Source: Lytechinus pictus (taxonomy: Eukaryota). Taken from it: 64,000 nt of DNA. The stretch spans positions 26,042,001 through 26,106,000 of the forward strand of contig NC_087250.1 in NCBI RefSeq assembly GCF_037042905.1, in the 5' to 3' direction. A program made the position numbers and the translations under genes. Positions 1 through 12,408 of the stretch are shown here, piece after piece. Numbering within the stretch: the first letter of the stretch is position 1; each line of letters starts with the position of its first letter. The notes under the pieces are model-generated. The model saw only the letters and a program-made list of their open reading frames with translations, did not search any database and was not told where the DNA came from.

Positions 1-1639
1 AAGTTATATATAGATTGCGATTTCGAAACAAATGTTGTTGAAGAAGATATTGATGATGAAGCAGATTCTAGCTCTAGTTAACAACAAAGCGACGTGGGAG
101 AAGGAAAATTAGAGGAATTGCGCCTTAATGGAGAGTGGAACGAACATGAACTGTTGTTAGTCAACTCACATTCATTTGCACCTGCACGGTGCACGTACCA
201 CCCAAACATGCCTAACAATGGAAAAAGTCCACGATATAGTTGTTGTTTGTTGGAAATTAATGGCGACCAGTCATATTTGACTATTACCGCCAACTCGTTA
301 GGCCAACTATTATTTTCTTTCTTTTCTTCGACGTGTCCTTTAAAATCGTTCCTCTCCTTTCTTTGTTTTTTTTTCTACTAATTATTATTATTATTATTCT
401 AAAGACTATCATATCTTACAGGTTACCGCGTGATCCCGTCCCTTCTTACGACACCGTCCAGACATCGTCCTGTCTCTCCGGTGTAGACAGGGGGCTCCCT
501 TTGGGATACTCTATAGTCTTGAAACTCGGAAAAGAAATAGAGAAATAAACTGTTAAAGAGTCTTTTCCCGTGAAATGATCTCGCATATACCAATCAAATA
601 CATGTATGTCCGTTTTGTTTTGTAAAGAAAAAAAAATAGTGTCTCTTCTCTCACTTAACAACTTCGAAATATAATAATTAAAATAGTGATTGCATGTACT
701 TACATAGAAGTAAAATGATATGTCTGAACCAATTAATGTATGTATCCAAATCAATTCATGATGAGTAGCAGCAGACGATATATGCGGGTCATTCTTCAAT
801 AAGTGTATATTTTCGACCATTGTGGGATGATGAAATTCAAAACTATTTCTAAACTTTCTTTTTGTCTGTTTAATATATTTGTACATCTGTAGATTATGGA
901 AATACTGTTTGGCGCGATCTTTATGGGGACTAAGTTATAATTTTGGGGTCTTTTTAAACATGTACACTGTTAATGCGTCATCTCCGTCACAATTTTTTTT
1001 CTCAAATAAATCGCCTCTCTTTCACTGAAGAACGAAATAAACTTTATATCCGATCTCCGTTTGAACAGACGGGGTGACTGTGAATATAAACAAAAACGCT
1101 GGTCAGCCACATTCTGATTTTTTTTTCTACAGCTGCCATTTATACCTGCCTTGCTGAATGAAAAATGAATTTCGCCAAATCTTGTCATTTTTTATCAGTG
1201 TGAGCAAATTTTATCAGGAAATTCAGACGAAGAGAGGTATATGATTTCGAGTTAATAGATCGCTAAAAATACCAATACAAATAATTTTTACTCTAGAATA
1301 ATCTCTGATAAAATTTATGCATTTGAACTGAGCGTGACGGAGATGACGAACGCGTGACGGAGATGACGCACGCGTGACGGAGATGACGCTGTTGTCTATA
1401 GGGTGGCGATTTCTTGTTCTGCTTTTGTCTGTTCACAAACGGGCAATATGCGTTATATACAGTGCACTCTCGATATAAAGAAGTCCTTGGGACCCATCAA
1501 ATTAGTTCTTTATAACGAAATTTCTTTATATAAGGGTTGCCAAAACAATAAAATACAAAGGAAATCCAAGATATGGGACCAGAGATGATTTTACTTCTTT
1601 TTTTTTCATGAGAATCCTGAAATTCAGTTTCATAACAGA

Positions 1640-2690
1640 ACAATTTTCCATCATTGTGTAAGCACACAAAGATGTGTCTTATATTTGTAAACCATTACAA
1701 ACTATGAACATTTTCTTCAATTCATATTCAGCAACAAATTTCACCTAAAACATCTATCAGACAACTCATCACAAATGTTCCAAACTAGATGTAAGATATC
1801 AGTTAAAGTGTCATTTAATTATTGTAACCATAATGCAATCCTATAAATTTGAGGTGAAATGTGAAAATATTCAATATCATACTAATTCAAGACTGTCAAA
1901 ATGTTTAAAGTCTTTACAATTATTCATGACTTCATAAGAAATCAATAAGGACACATGTTGAGAAGTTTTAATCTCAAAACAAGCTAGAACATCTGAAATG
2001 TTTCCAATATTGTGTAAGCACACAAACAAGTCTGTCTTATACTATTAAACCAATACAAACTATGAAAAAAAAAATCAATTCATACTCTGCAACAATTTTC
2101 ACCTGTAACATCAAACGTAGAACAACCCATCATAAAATATCTCTAACTAGATGGAAGAATTGAATTAAAATTTCACTGATTATTGTAACCATAATGCAGT
2201 TTTATAAATTTGAAGTGAAATTTAAAAATATTCACAGTTCCAGACTGCCAAAATTGTAGTCTTTACAAAAATTCATGACTTGATTTGAAATCATTGAATA
2301 AGGACACATGTTAAGAAGTTTTAATCTCAAAACAAACTAGAACATCTGAAATGTTTCCAACATTGTGATTAAGCACACAAACAAGTTTGTGTTATACATG
2401 TATTATACCAATACAAACTATGAAAAATTTCTTCTATTCATACTCTGCAACAATTTTCACCTGTAACATCAAACATAGAACAACCCATCATAAAATATCT
2501 CTAACAAGATGGAAGAGTTGAATTAAAATTTCACTGATTATTGTAACCATAATGCAGTTTTATAAATTTGAAAATATTCATACATGTAGTTCCAGACTGC
2601 CAAAATTGTAGTCTTTACAAAAATTCATGACTTAATTTGAAATCAATGAATAAGAAAACATGTTGTAAGAAGTTGTAATCTCAAAAAATT
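1640..2690. repeat. Diverged tandem repeat, ~355-bp unit x3, inside the Sola2-like element
   Basis: AAGCACACAAA...ACAAACTATGAA...ATTATTGTAACCATAATGCA...ATTCATGACTT recurs at ~1655, ~2011 and ~2365. Confidence 0.8.
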
Positions 2691-3511
2691 ATTTACAATG
2701 ATAACAATAATAATAACAATTTACAGTACATGTCCAACATCAACTCATGTACAATATTTCACAAACAACAAAAACATCTACTAGTAAATCGTAATCTTAC
2801 ATTGGCAATGTCATCAGCACACACATTAATGGCAGGAATATGCATATAGAGTTCAAGGTGGCAAATGTTATCATGTATATTACAGATTGTTTGAAAGACT
2901 ATAAAAATAATTTTTTAAACACATAAATAAATAAAAGCCCACTTATACAGATATATTGCTAATATGAAATATTCAAATACTGTATTGAAATTTTAATTCT
3001 ATTACATTCAATCATAACATGTATCAAACAAAATTTTAAGCTTAAGAGAATCATAAGGTACAATGAATATTTGAGCTAAAGATTTCAAGTTTTGCTTTGT
3101 ATTTCACTATTCCTGAATGCATACATACTGTTAATCCCCTTCGTAGAAAACTCTTGGTAAGAACAAATTAGAATCACATGTCATCCATGTACCATCTCTA
3201 GAGGAAATAATCTAAGTTCATGCAATAATGATAATTTAATAAAATAATTGCACATTAAAAAAAAACAGTAATCCTAAAAATTATCTTATAACCTATATAA
3301 GCTTGTTCCATGTCAAAGTTCAATGCATCTTAAATTATTAAACAATTAATATATTTCCTTCTGTTTTCTTGTAACATTATTTGGCTCCAGCATAAATGTA
3401 ATGCAGTGATATTTTGTTAATTATAACAAGGTCCTTGGTACTGTGAAAATTACCTTTTACAGTCAGAGCACATTACAGCTAGGTTCTTGTGACCATGAAA
3501 ATTATGTAATA

Positions 3512-3695
3512 CAGTGCACTCTCCATATAAAGAAGTCCTCGGGACCCATTAAATTTGTTCTTTATAACAAAATTTCTTTATCAGGGTTGCAAAAACAATA
3601 AAATTCAAAGAAAATCCAAGATATGGGACCAGAGATTTTACTTTTTTATAGTGAAATGTTGTTATATCAGTGTACTTTATAACGAGAGTGCACTG
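3512..3695. mobile_element. Tc1/mariner (Tigger-like) MITE; partial second copy at ~1459-1590
   Basis: TA|CAGTGCACTCTC ... GAGAGTGCACTG|TA. Confidence 0.75.
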
Positions 3696-4107
3696 TATAC
3701 AATATGTAATATACAGGAACCTTGTTACAATAACTGACAAAGAGGTATATCCGACTCTCAGCTCTTTATATTCTTTTGGTTTTCTACCCCGATAACGAAC
3801 AAGCTCATATATCAGGTAATTTTCATGGGCCCAATGTTGTTTTAACAAGATTCCACAGTATTATCCTGAAATCTGTTCAGAAGATAATGATCATATTTGT
3901 CTAGAATATGTCAATTGGAGACAATCTGAAAAGAGAAAAAGACAAACCCCAATATGAGCACTGACATACCAAGCAGATTTTCCAGGCACTTTAACAAAAA
4001 GAAAACAAAGGAAAATTACCAGTTATAACAACAGAGAAGATGCAACCGTATGTATCAGGGGTTAAAACAATAGAATATAAAGAGAAGACGACTGACCTTC
4101 GACCTAA

Positions 4108-4256
4108 GGCCACCGCACACTACAGGACTTTTGGTCGCACAACTCACCAACTTTGGACCCGAAATAAAATAGCGCGTGCAACATATACACGCTTATTTAT
4201 TTTAGATCCAAAGTAGGTGAGTCGTGGGACCAAACGTCGTGTAGTGTGCGGTGGCC
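4108..4256. mobile_element. Palindromic MITE (PIF/Harbinger-like); related longer copy at ~45330-45720
   Basis: GGCCACCGCACACTAC ... GTAGTGTGCGGTGGCC; nearly the whole element folds back on itself. Confidence 0.7.
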
Positions 4257-4352
4257 ATAAGGCAATTATTTGACTTAAGTAAGACTTAGGCAAGGTTGGT
4301 AGCATATTTTGGTGTGCAAAACAACATAATGGAATTTGCCTGTATAGAATCT

Positions 4353-5512
4353 TTACACGTCCAAATTCAGTCGATTTTCAATTGTTTTCCAGATTACAGG
4401 ATCGACTTCCATATGTCTGTCGTTAACATGTTGTGGCTCTGGGATGAATGTAACAACGTCATCATAACAGTACCATATTCTGTCTTTTGATCTAGGCCAG
4501 AAAAACCTATTGCGGCCAACTTTTGACATTGCGTTGACTTCAACGCCTTCTGTATCATAGTCCACTATCTTTCCTGGATACGGTACATCATCATATTTGA
4601 TAACACAGTACTCACTTAATTTTGCATTAGCAAAATTGACCGGTTTGAGAACAGAACCTCTTTCTCTCATAACTGTGCCAGCCATCACCTCATTTTGAGA
4701 TTCTTCAACTGTTTCCTGTGCTGCACGCTTCGATGGTTCAGCTGTTTCCTGTGCTGCACGCTTCGATCCCGTTCAGCTGTTTCCTGTGCTGCACGCTTCG
4801 ATGGTTCAGCTGTTTCCTGCCCTGCACGCTGAGATGATTTGGGTGTTTTCTTCGATGTCTTTGTTTTTTCTTTCCGCTTTAGCCTAGCCTCAGTAGTTTT
4901 GAAACAACTTTCGGGGCAAAAACAAGACAGATGTCGATGATTCACAGTTTCAGGATCACCAGTGAACAGTACCTGCATTTTAATGAAGAAAAGAACATGC
5001 AGAAGCGGTTTCTGTTAGAAATTTTGAGGATGCATCTTACTTGACTTTGATGCATACAATGATTGAATTGGATGGAATTATTTTGGCTGGCATAAGTATT
5101 CCCAAAAGCTGGCTTATGAAAACTGGGGGGGGGGGGGGGGGGGGGGGGGGGAAAGTTAGTCCCCTGTTGTAGAGATGCCAAATGTCAACCTATTAATTCT
5201 GGCCTAATTGATGTATTTCAGTCATGAAATTGATAACCCAGTTCATGTTATTGATGAAAAAGAATTGGCCATTTAATTTTGTAATATAATTTGATTCGGA
5301 TTTACAATAATCAGGGATTAGTAAACACGCACCATCCACAAGGCCACAACACTATGCTATTATACTTTAACAGTAATTTGAATTTACCTGGTGAAGCAGC
5401 ATGGTCCCACTAACTGGCGTCAGATCTGATGGTAACTCCTCCCCAAAACTTGTTATCTGTTCTGATGAAATGAGGATCAACTCTTAACCCTCTCGGCAGC
5501 TGAAAGCACCAT
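4353..5512 (-). pseudogene. Spliced transposase remnant (N-terminus joined out of frame to C-terminal domain)
   Basis: Exon 5513-5388 (ttttcAG / GTaaat) reads MVLSAAERVK then stops; another frame gives ELILISSEQ...LTPVSGTMLLHQ. It splices in frame to exon 4972-4353: VLFTGDPETVNHRHLSCFC, 33-bp AAQETAEPSKR repeats with a frameshift, then YCVIKYDDVPYPGKI...GRNRFFWP...IWY. No catalytic core is visible. A likely non-coding first exon has its donor at 6399. Confidence 0.7.
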
Positions 5513-5704
5513 TCTGAAAATATATAGTATGTGTACAAATTATGTTATTATTAATTGATCCTAATGCAATTTTTTAATTGATCCTAATGCATTTTGTCAT
5601 TTTCATTCCCATTTATATCCATGAACTTTATCTTTTTTATCATCATTGGACATTGCTCTATTATAATTGTTCTATTTATTAATTTATCATATATTTTTTT
5701 ATAC

Positions 5705-5869
5705 CAGTGGCGTATCAGGGGGTGGGGGGCAAATGTCCCAGGGGCGAAAAATATCGCCAAAATAAAGCCAAAAAAAAAAATCTCTGTTTGTTCACAACCT
5801 ATGCCTTAATTGCAATGTTCAGAAAAGGCTGGGGGGGGGGGGGCACCGATATCCATGCATACGCCACTA
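5705..5869. mobile_element. hAT-like MITE remnant
   Basis: CAGTGGCGTA ... TACGCCACTA termini with a G-run interior; TSD not clear. Confidence 0.5.
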
Positions 5870-8278
5870 TCAACACACCACTCTGGCAATAAGAAGAAGA
5901 AATATCACTAAAGGTGCACTACAGACTGGTCACAGTATAAGCAGTGCAATCCATCATCCCATGGCCATAGACATCACCAGCACTTACACAGATATGGGTA
6001 TGTGGGACAAGGTAAAGTTAATGATATCTGTAGTACTGTACGGTGTACCAATTTAGATCTGAAGTCCTCCAGACCAAGGCCAAGGGTCACTTTTCATGTT
6101 GTAAATATAGCCGTAAGTTTATCATGAGCCCAATGTGTCAATTAACTAAGTTCATAATTCAAATCAAACTCATCATCTCCGTCACGAAAGAGCCGTGACG
6201 GAGATGATGCGTGACGGAGATGACTATCAGACACATATGCACCGATAATCAATGTCTGCAATACCAACTAACGCGAGTGCGGCATTGGCTGTTCTGTGGG
6301 CACGTTAATCTTTCATAGAAACGATTAGAAAATAAATGTAACACCTTTATCTAGCTAATACCAAGCGTTCGGAGATGACGCTGAATAAAGGTACGCACCT
6401 GGTTTTTGACGAAGATGCCGCCCGAACAATGTCAAAACCCCGGAGATCAGGGAAAAAACGTGTCGATTCTTTCTCCGTACTATCCACCGGCCATTTTGCA
6501 ACCACAATCTTGAAAACCGTGCACTTTGTTGTACCGTAGATGGCGCACTGAAAATGCGTGACGGAGATGACGCAAAATCGTGTGACACAAAATAATAGGC
6601 CTTAAAAACAAAAAAATCTTAAAATCGTTGCTTGCGCGTGTATATTTGAGTGGTATTCGTTGTCAACTCATAAAAATTAATTTATCAAGGCATATTATTA
6701 CAAAAAGATGCATAATTTTAAAAATGCAACACATGTTTATGTTTACATTATGTTATTGTGACATGCAATTTTGAGGGGGGTGGCCATAAAAAAAATTAAA
6801 AATAAATTATATATGATATTTCTTTTTGACCTGTTTTAATTTTTCATTATTTTTTACATACGTGTTAGTCAACACAAAGCGGTAAAAAATAACAAAACTT
6901 TTTTATATTTTTTCATGGGACTCCAAAGCCATGTGACACAAAAATATACACTTATTGAAGAATGACCCATGCACCGACGAGAAAATGAACTTCACGCGTG
7001 GGATCGATACTCGATCGCTCGTTCTGTTTGAATTTCGATATCATTATTCTGACCGACGAAATTCAGGAATTTTATTTCATATGAAGTAAATGTACGATAA
7101 AAATGATTTTCTCATTACGACTAACACTTGGCTGAATCAGATATTTGAGACAAATGAAAATGGGATGTAAACCTAAAAGATCAACCAGCTAGCTTGCATG
7201 CGCCGCGGAAATAAATTCCTTTCATTTCCGTGGCTGCACATGCAGCTCTTGTTTACAAGCTAAATATAGCTTGAATTATACAATATTTCAATTTTTACAA
7301 ATTTTACAAGACGGACCAACTTGACTGAACCATAAAATGTTGAACAAGGGTAACTCCACATGTTCAGGTAGAAATGATACTTTGTTTCGCAGGATAATAA
7401 TTAGAAAATAAGAATATTTCATATAATAAAAACAAAAAGTGAGTTGGTGATGTCATCAGTTCCCTCATTTGCATACCGACCGGGATGTGCATATAACCAT
7501 TTTCTAAAATCAAGCGAAATGTCATAACTTTCTTATTTTTTATCCGATTTTGATGAAATTTTCAGTGTTATGCTAATTGGATAAATCTCTTTTTATTCAA
7601 ATCAATTTTTAGTTGGGGTGGCCTTGTCCTTTAAAGCATGTTTTGAAATATCGTCCAAGAGGAGAGATTAAGACGTTCGCGACCGTGGCATGCCGCATCA
7701 TTTTACTGATCATGACCATGATGACAAACCAGTCCAGTTGATCAATGCGTTGGAAATTATCCTTCGTAGTCTAACGAAATATACGATATTCACCTTCCAT
7801 CAGATTATAATCGATTCAATTTAATCAGTAACAATTAATTCGCAATCCCAAGATAATTTAATATAAGAACAACAAATAGCTATTAACAGAATAACATGCT
7901 TATCGTGCATGAAAACACATTAATACATAAAACGCCATTTAGATTTCTATGATAGTAAAACAATTGCTTGGTTTGGCACGTGTCTACTTTATTTCGATAT
8001 GTTTTTGTGTTGGAGCGTTGGTGCGCTGTCGAAACTGACGTCCCATTCATATTAGTAAAGACACTAATATTAAAGGGGAGACTGGATAAAAAAAAATATT
8101 TAAGAAGGTAAAATTCATATTCCTAGACCTTCGACACATTTATCATAATAATGATACATGAGATTTGTGTAGCGTACTTTCCATCTTGTTAGATGCTCAA
8201 GGCGCTTCCGAGCAGAACAACAAAAACTACATATAATACATGTCTGAACAATACGGCAATGTCTATCAAAAAGCACTC

Positions 8279-8871
8279 TTAAAGGACAAGTCCACCCCAA
8301 CAGACAGTGGATTGAAATAAAAAGAGAAAAATGCAACAAGCATAAGACTGATAATTTCCTCAAAATCTGATGTAAAATAAGAAAGTTATGACATTTTAAA
8401 GTTTCGCAAAACAGTTATTTGCACATCCTGGCCGGTGTGCAAATGATGAGACTATGACGTCACCCACTCACTATTTATTTTGTGTCTATTATATGAAATA
8501 TGAAATATTATAATTTTCTCCTCAATGTCATGTTCGACAACGATTAATTCCTCTTGAACATGTGGAATTAGCTTTGTTAAATATTATATGGTTCAGTCAA
8601 GTTGGTCCTAATTCTCAAATCTGTAGAAATGAAATGTTGTATAATTCGAACAATAAAAAAAAATAATAATAAAAGGTGAGTGAGGGAAACTGTCTCATTT
8701 GCATGTCGCCGAGTTGTGCATATCACGGTTTTGTGAAAAATAAGCGAAACTTTAAAATGTCATAACTTTCTTACTTTACATCCGATTTCGATGAAATTTT
8801 CAGCGTTATGTTGGTTTGCTTTTTCTCTATTTATTCAAATAACATTTTTATTGGGTAGACTTGACCTTTAA
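8279..8871. mobile_element. Kolobok-like MITE (~590 bp); partial copy at ~7260-7634
   Basis: TTAA|AGGACAAGTCCACCCC ... GGGTAGACTTGACCT|TTAA with long imperfect TIRs. Confidence 0.8.
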
Positions 8872-9990
8872 ACAGGTATGTGTACAGGTTTCCCTAGGAA
8901 ATTGTCACTGAAGGCTGGATTTTCAAACTCTATGGAATAGAATTCCACATGCAAGGCCCTGTATGAGCAAATCCCCGTTCTCCGCATGATTTCTTAGCAA
9001 CTGGAAGAGATTATCATTTGTAGCTTACAAAGCCTGCTACGTGTTTGGTCAATTATTTTTTGAAAGGCCATATTTTCTGAGCAATCATCCATTACCAGAA
9101 TTCAACCCAATACAAATTTGTCTAAGAGGAAAAAGAAAAATAATGCTGTCTAAGCGGAAAGGTTTACAAAGGTTTACAGTGCACATGTTTGCCTTAACAA
9201 AAAGAGATTTAGAAAACAAATCTTCAATTCAGAAATACCTTAGAATATTCATTATATATATAAATTCTTATTAAATCTTATAAAACAGTTAACAATACTA
9301 CTATAATTCTAGTTTAATGAAATGTGAAATGGAAATTACATAATTCATTTTCGTTTTGAGTGTAATTTATAAAATACTTTAAACAAGTATCATAAATGAT
9401 TATTAAAAATATGTTTGCAGCAAACAAATTAATTTCTAATCCTTTGCTTTTTACTTACGTTGATTTTTTTTTTTCGTAACACAAACTGATCACAATGCAC
9501 ACTTAATCATCACAAGTCATGAATGTTGCAACAGTCATTTACAAATCAATGGAGTATTGATACAAAATGGTCAAAATACAGAAATCGTATATAACCCGTG
9601 TGCAACTCTGGATTGTGAAAGAAAAAGAAAGTTGAAATTATTGATTGACACGACAAAGCCTTCATAGTACGCCTTCACATACCTAAACCAATTAAATCGA
9701 TTATCAATATCACTGGCCAAGGACATTTGAAAAAGAAGGTTGAAATTATTGATTGACAATAACCAATTAGATCGATTATTAAAAACACTGGCCGCAATCT
9801 TTCTAGCCCATTGATCCATGTATTCACTCTCCAAACACGTATTAGTTCTAGAGAACAGTAACCTCCTAATATCAGTACAAAACCGTAGACCCATGACATT
9901 ACCTTCAGTTATTTGAAAACGCAGATCTCACGGAAATTGCATTTCTTTCCGGAGGAGTCTAAATTCAGTGAGAATACATTCATTAATAAC

Positions 9991-10601
9991 TTAAAGGACA
10001 AGTCCACCCCAACAAAAACGTGATTTGAATAAAAAGAGAAAAATTCAACCAGCATAACACTGAAAATTTCATCAAAATCGGATGTAAAATAAGAAAGTTA
10101 TGACATTTTAAAGTTTAGCTTATTTCTAACAAAATAGTTATGTGAACGAGCCAGTTACATCCAAATGAGAGAGTCGATGATGTCACTCACTCGCTATTTC
10201 TTTTGTTTTTTATTATATGAAATATGAAATATTTTGATTTTCTCGTCATTGTCATGTGAAATGAAGTTTCATTCCTCCCTGAACACGTGGAATTCCATTA
10301 TTTTAACATTTTGTGCTTCAGGCAAGGAGGTCCTAATCGTCAAATCCGTAAAAATTGAAATATTGTATAATTCAAACAATAAAAAACAAAAGAAATAGTG
10401 AGTGAGTGATGTCATCGACTCTCTCATTTGGATGTAACTGGCTCGTTCATATAACTATTTTGTTAAAAATAAGCGAAACTTTGAAATGTCATAACTTTCT
10501 TATTTTACATCCGATTTTGATGAAATTTTCAGCATTGTGCTCGTCTGATTTTTCTATATTGATTCAAATCAAAATTTTTCTGAGGTGGACTTGACCTTTA
10601 A
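9991..10601. mobile_element. Kolobok-like MITE, same family as 8279-8871
   Basis: TTAA|AGGACAAGTCCACCCC ... GGTGGACTTGACCT|TTAA. Confidence 0.8.
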
Positions 10602-10661
10602 ATATACAACACGTTGAGAGCGTCCGGCATGGATCTGCTCTGCAACAGATCAATCCTGCGA

Positions 10662-10800
10662 GGAGGCGAGATAGCTAAGTCGGTAGAGCGGGGGGCTTCT
10701 GATTGCTGGGACCCGGGTTCGATTCCCACTCGGTGCGCTAGTGCGCTTTGGTATCGTCCTCGTGTTAGTTGCTTACAAGCAGTCATGCTTTCATAATAAT
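10662..10800 (+). mobile_element. tRNA-derived SINE head
   Basis: A box TAGCTAAGTCGGTAGAGC and B box GGGTTCGATTCCC; no paired acceptor stem. Confidence 0.6.
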
Positions 10801-11317
10801 CATATTAAAATATAAAAATAAGCATCACTTCCATTACCATTCACGTTTGGTCATACAGTATTAAATGGATTCCCATGAATGGGGCATTAGTTTCGACCAT
10901 GCACCGATGCCCGAACACAAAATTAAGAATTATTTTTATGTTCGAGTGTTAATTTTGCCGCGATAATGACGATCGTTAGTATATTCATATAATAATTTTT
11001 AATTCAAAACGGACATTTCGAATAAAAGATTTTTAAAATTGAAAACCCCCTACATGATGGATATTTTTCCTTCATGTAAACATTAAGAAAAACGATTTCG
11101 GAAATTATGTTATTATATTGATAATTGTTATTTATTTTCATGAATTATCTTGGGGTTGTGAATCAGTAAAAAACCAATTCAAATGAATCGATTAAAATTA
11201 GATGTAAAATAGGCCTCGCAATTGTTTAATTCATTTTCATTTTAATCGTAATTATTATTTTCATATTATTGTTGTCATATAAGCAGTTGAGTATGCGCAC
11301 ATAGTAACAACACTATA

Positions 11318-12138
11318 CAGTGCGTTCCAGAAAAAACGAAACCGAGATTAAGCGATGATTAATCATAACTTAATCACAAATACAATAGACAAATGACCTA
11401 CCAATGTAAAGCTTAAAATCTCCTCTTTCATCTGATATTACTAAGATTATTCCCCATTCACGCATGAGTGAGCAAAGACAATTTGAAAAAGGATACCAAA
11501 AACTCATTTAGTGGGGGGTATCTGAATTTCAAAAAGAAAATCACATGCCTAAAAATTTCAATATCTGCTCTTTTATTTGATACCTTAATCACAAAACATG
11601 GTTAAGAAGTAAAAAAGTTATGCTCCCTCAAAACAATGCTTGTATTTCCATAATTTCATGAAATAAACGTGTTTTCACCGGTTTCCCACAGAAGCAATCG
11701 CATGGTTAACAAAAGACCTAATGCATGGCTGATCGTCAACAAAACGGAGTGTCAAGTGAGTTTGAACGCTAGCCTGTAGAACCTCTTAATTTTATTAAAT
11801 TAAGGAAATTCAAGCCTTATTTCAAATAACCAGAACTTTGTTATTTCTTGACCATTTTCTGTAATTGAGGTATCAAATTAAACAGTAGATATTGAGCTTT
11901 TTAAAAATGTGGTTTTCTTTTTGAAACCCAGATACAGCCCGCCAAATGACTTTTTGGTATCCCCTCTTCAAATTGTTTTTGCTCACTCATGCATGAATGA
12001 GAAATAATCTAAGTGTAATTTCAGATGAGAGAAGAGATTCTAAGCTTTACAATGGTAGGTCATTTGTCTATTGTATTTGTGATTAAGTTATGATAAATCA
12101 TCGATAAATCTCGGCTTCGTTTTTTGTGGGACGCACTG
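11318..12138. mobile_element. Tc1/mariner-type foldback MITE (~820 bp)
   Basis: TA|CAGTGCGTTCCAGAAAAAACGAAACCGAGAT ... ATCTCGGCTTCGTTTTTTGTGGGACGCACTG|TA; the arms stay similar over roughly 350 bp. Confidence 0.85.
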
Positions 12139-12408
12139 TATAAATGGTTATATTACTATCATATTATTATAATAGTAAATATTATTATCATTATTATTAT
12201 TATCATTATTGTTATCATTAGTATTATTACAGGTAGTAGTATTATTATTATCAGTGTATCATTATTATTATTACTATTTTTTATGATCAGCATTATTAGT
12301 ATTATAATCACTAAAGCAATTCGGAGAGTTATTTTAAACGATCGATTACGCTTTGGGAAGGGCGACCTACAGCGTCGAGTAAGTAAACAGCCAGTCTGCA
12401 AGTCCCTA

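Larger units (their letters stand above)
786..6968 (-). mobile_element. Sola2-like DNA transposon, non-autonomous deletion derivative (~6.2 kb)
   Basis: Perfect 28-bp TIRs GGGTCATTCTTCAATAAGTGTATATTTT (786-813 / 6941-6968). 4-bp TSD ATGC (782-785 / 6969-6972). GRG...CYC termini with a 4-bp TSD fit Sola2. Subterminal GCGTGACGGAGATGAC repeats occur at both ends (~975, 1332-1388, 6172-6225, ~6557). Contains an internal transposase remnant. Confidence 0.85.

Noticed and set aside
421..530. Minus-strand VYTGETGRCL resembling a GIY-YIG motif
   Set aside because: No upstream VY/CxxC or downstream R..EH context; probably chance.
446..886. 146-aa ORF
   Set aside because: It crosses the Sola2 TIR boundary at 786 and has no recognisable domain.
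10662..10745. Functional tRNA gene (also 32469, 46240, 61396)
   Set aside because: A and B boxes are present but there is no acceptor stem, and the sequence runs into SINE-type body.
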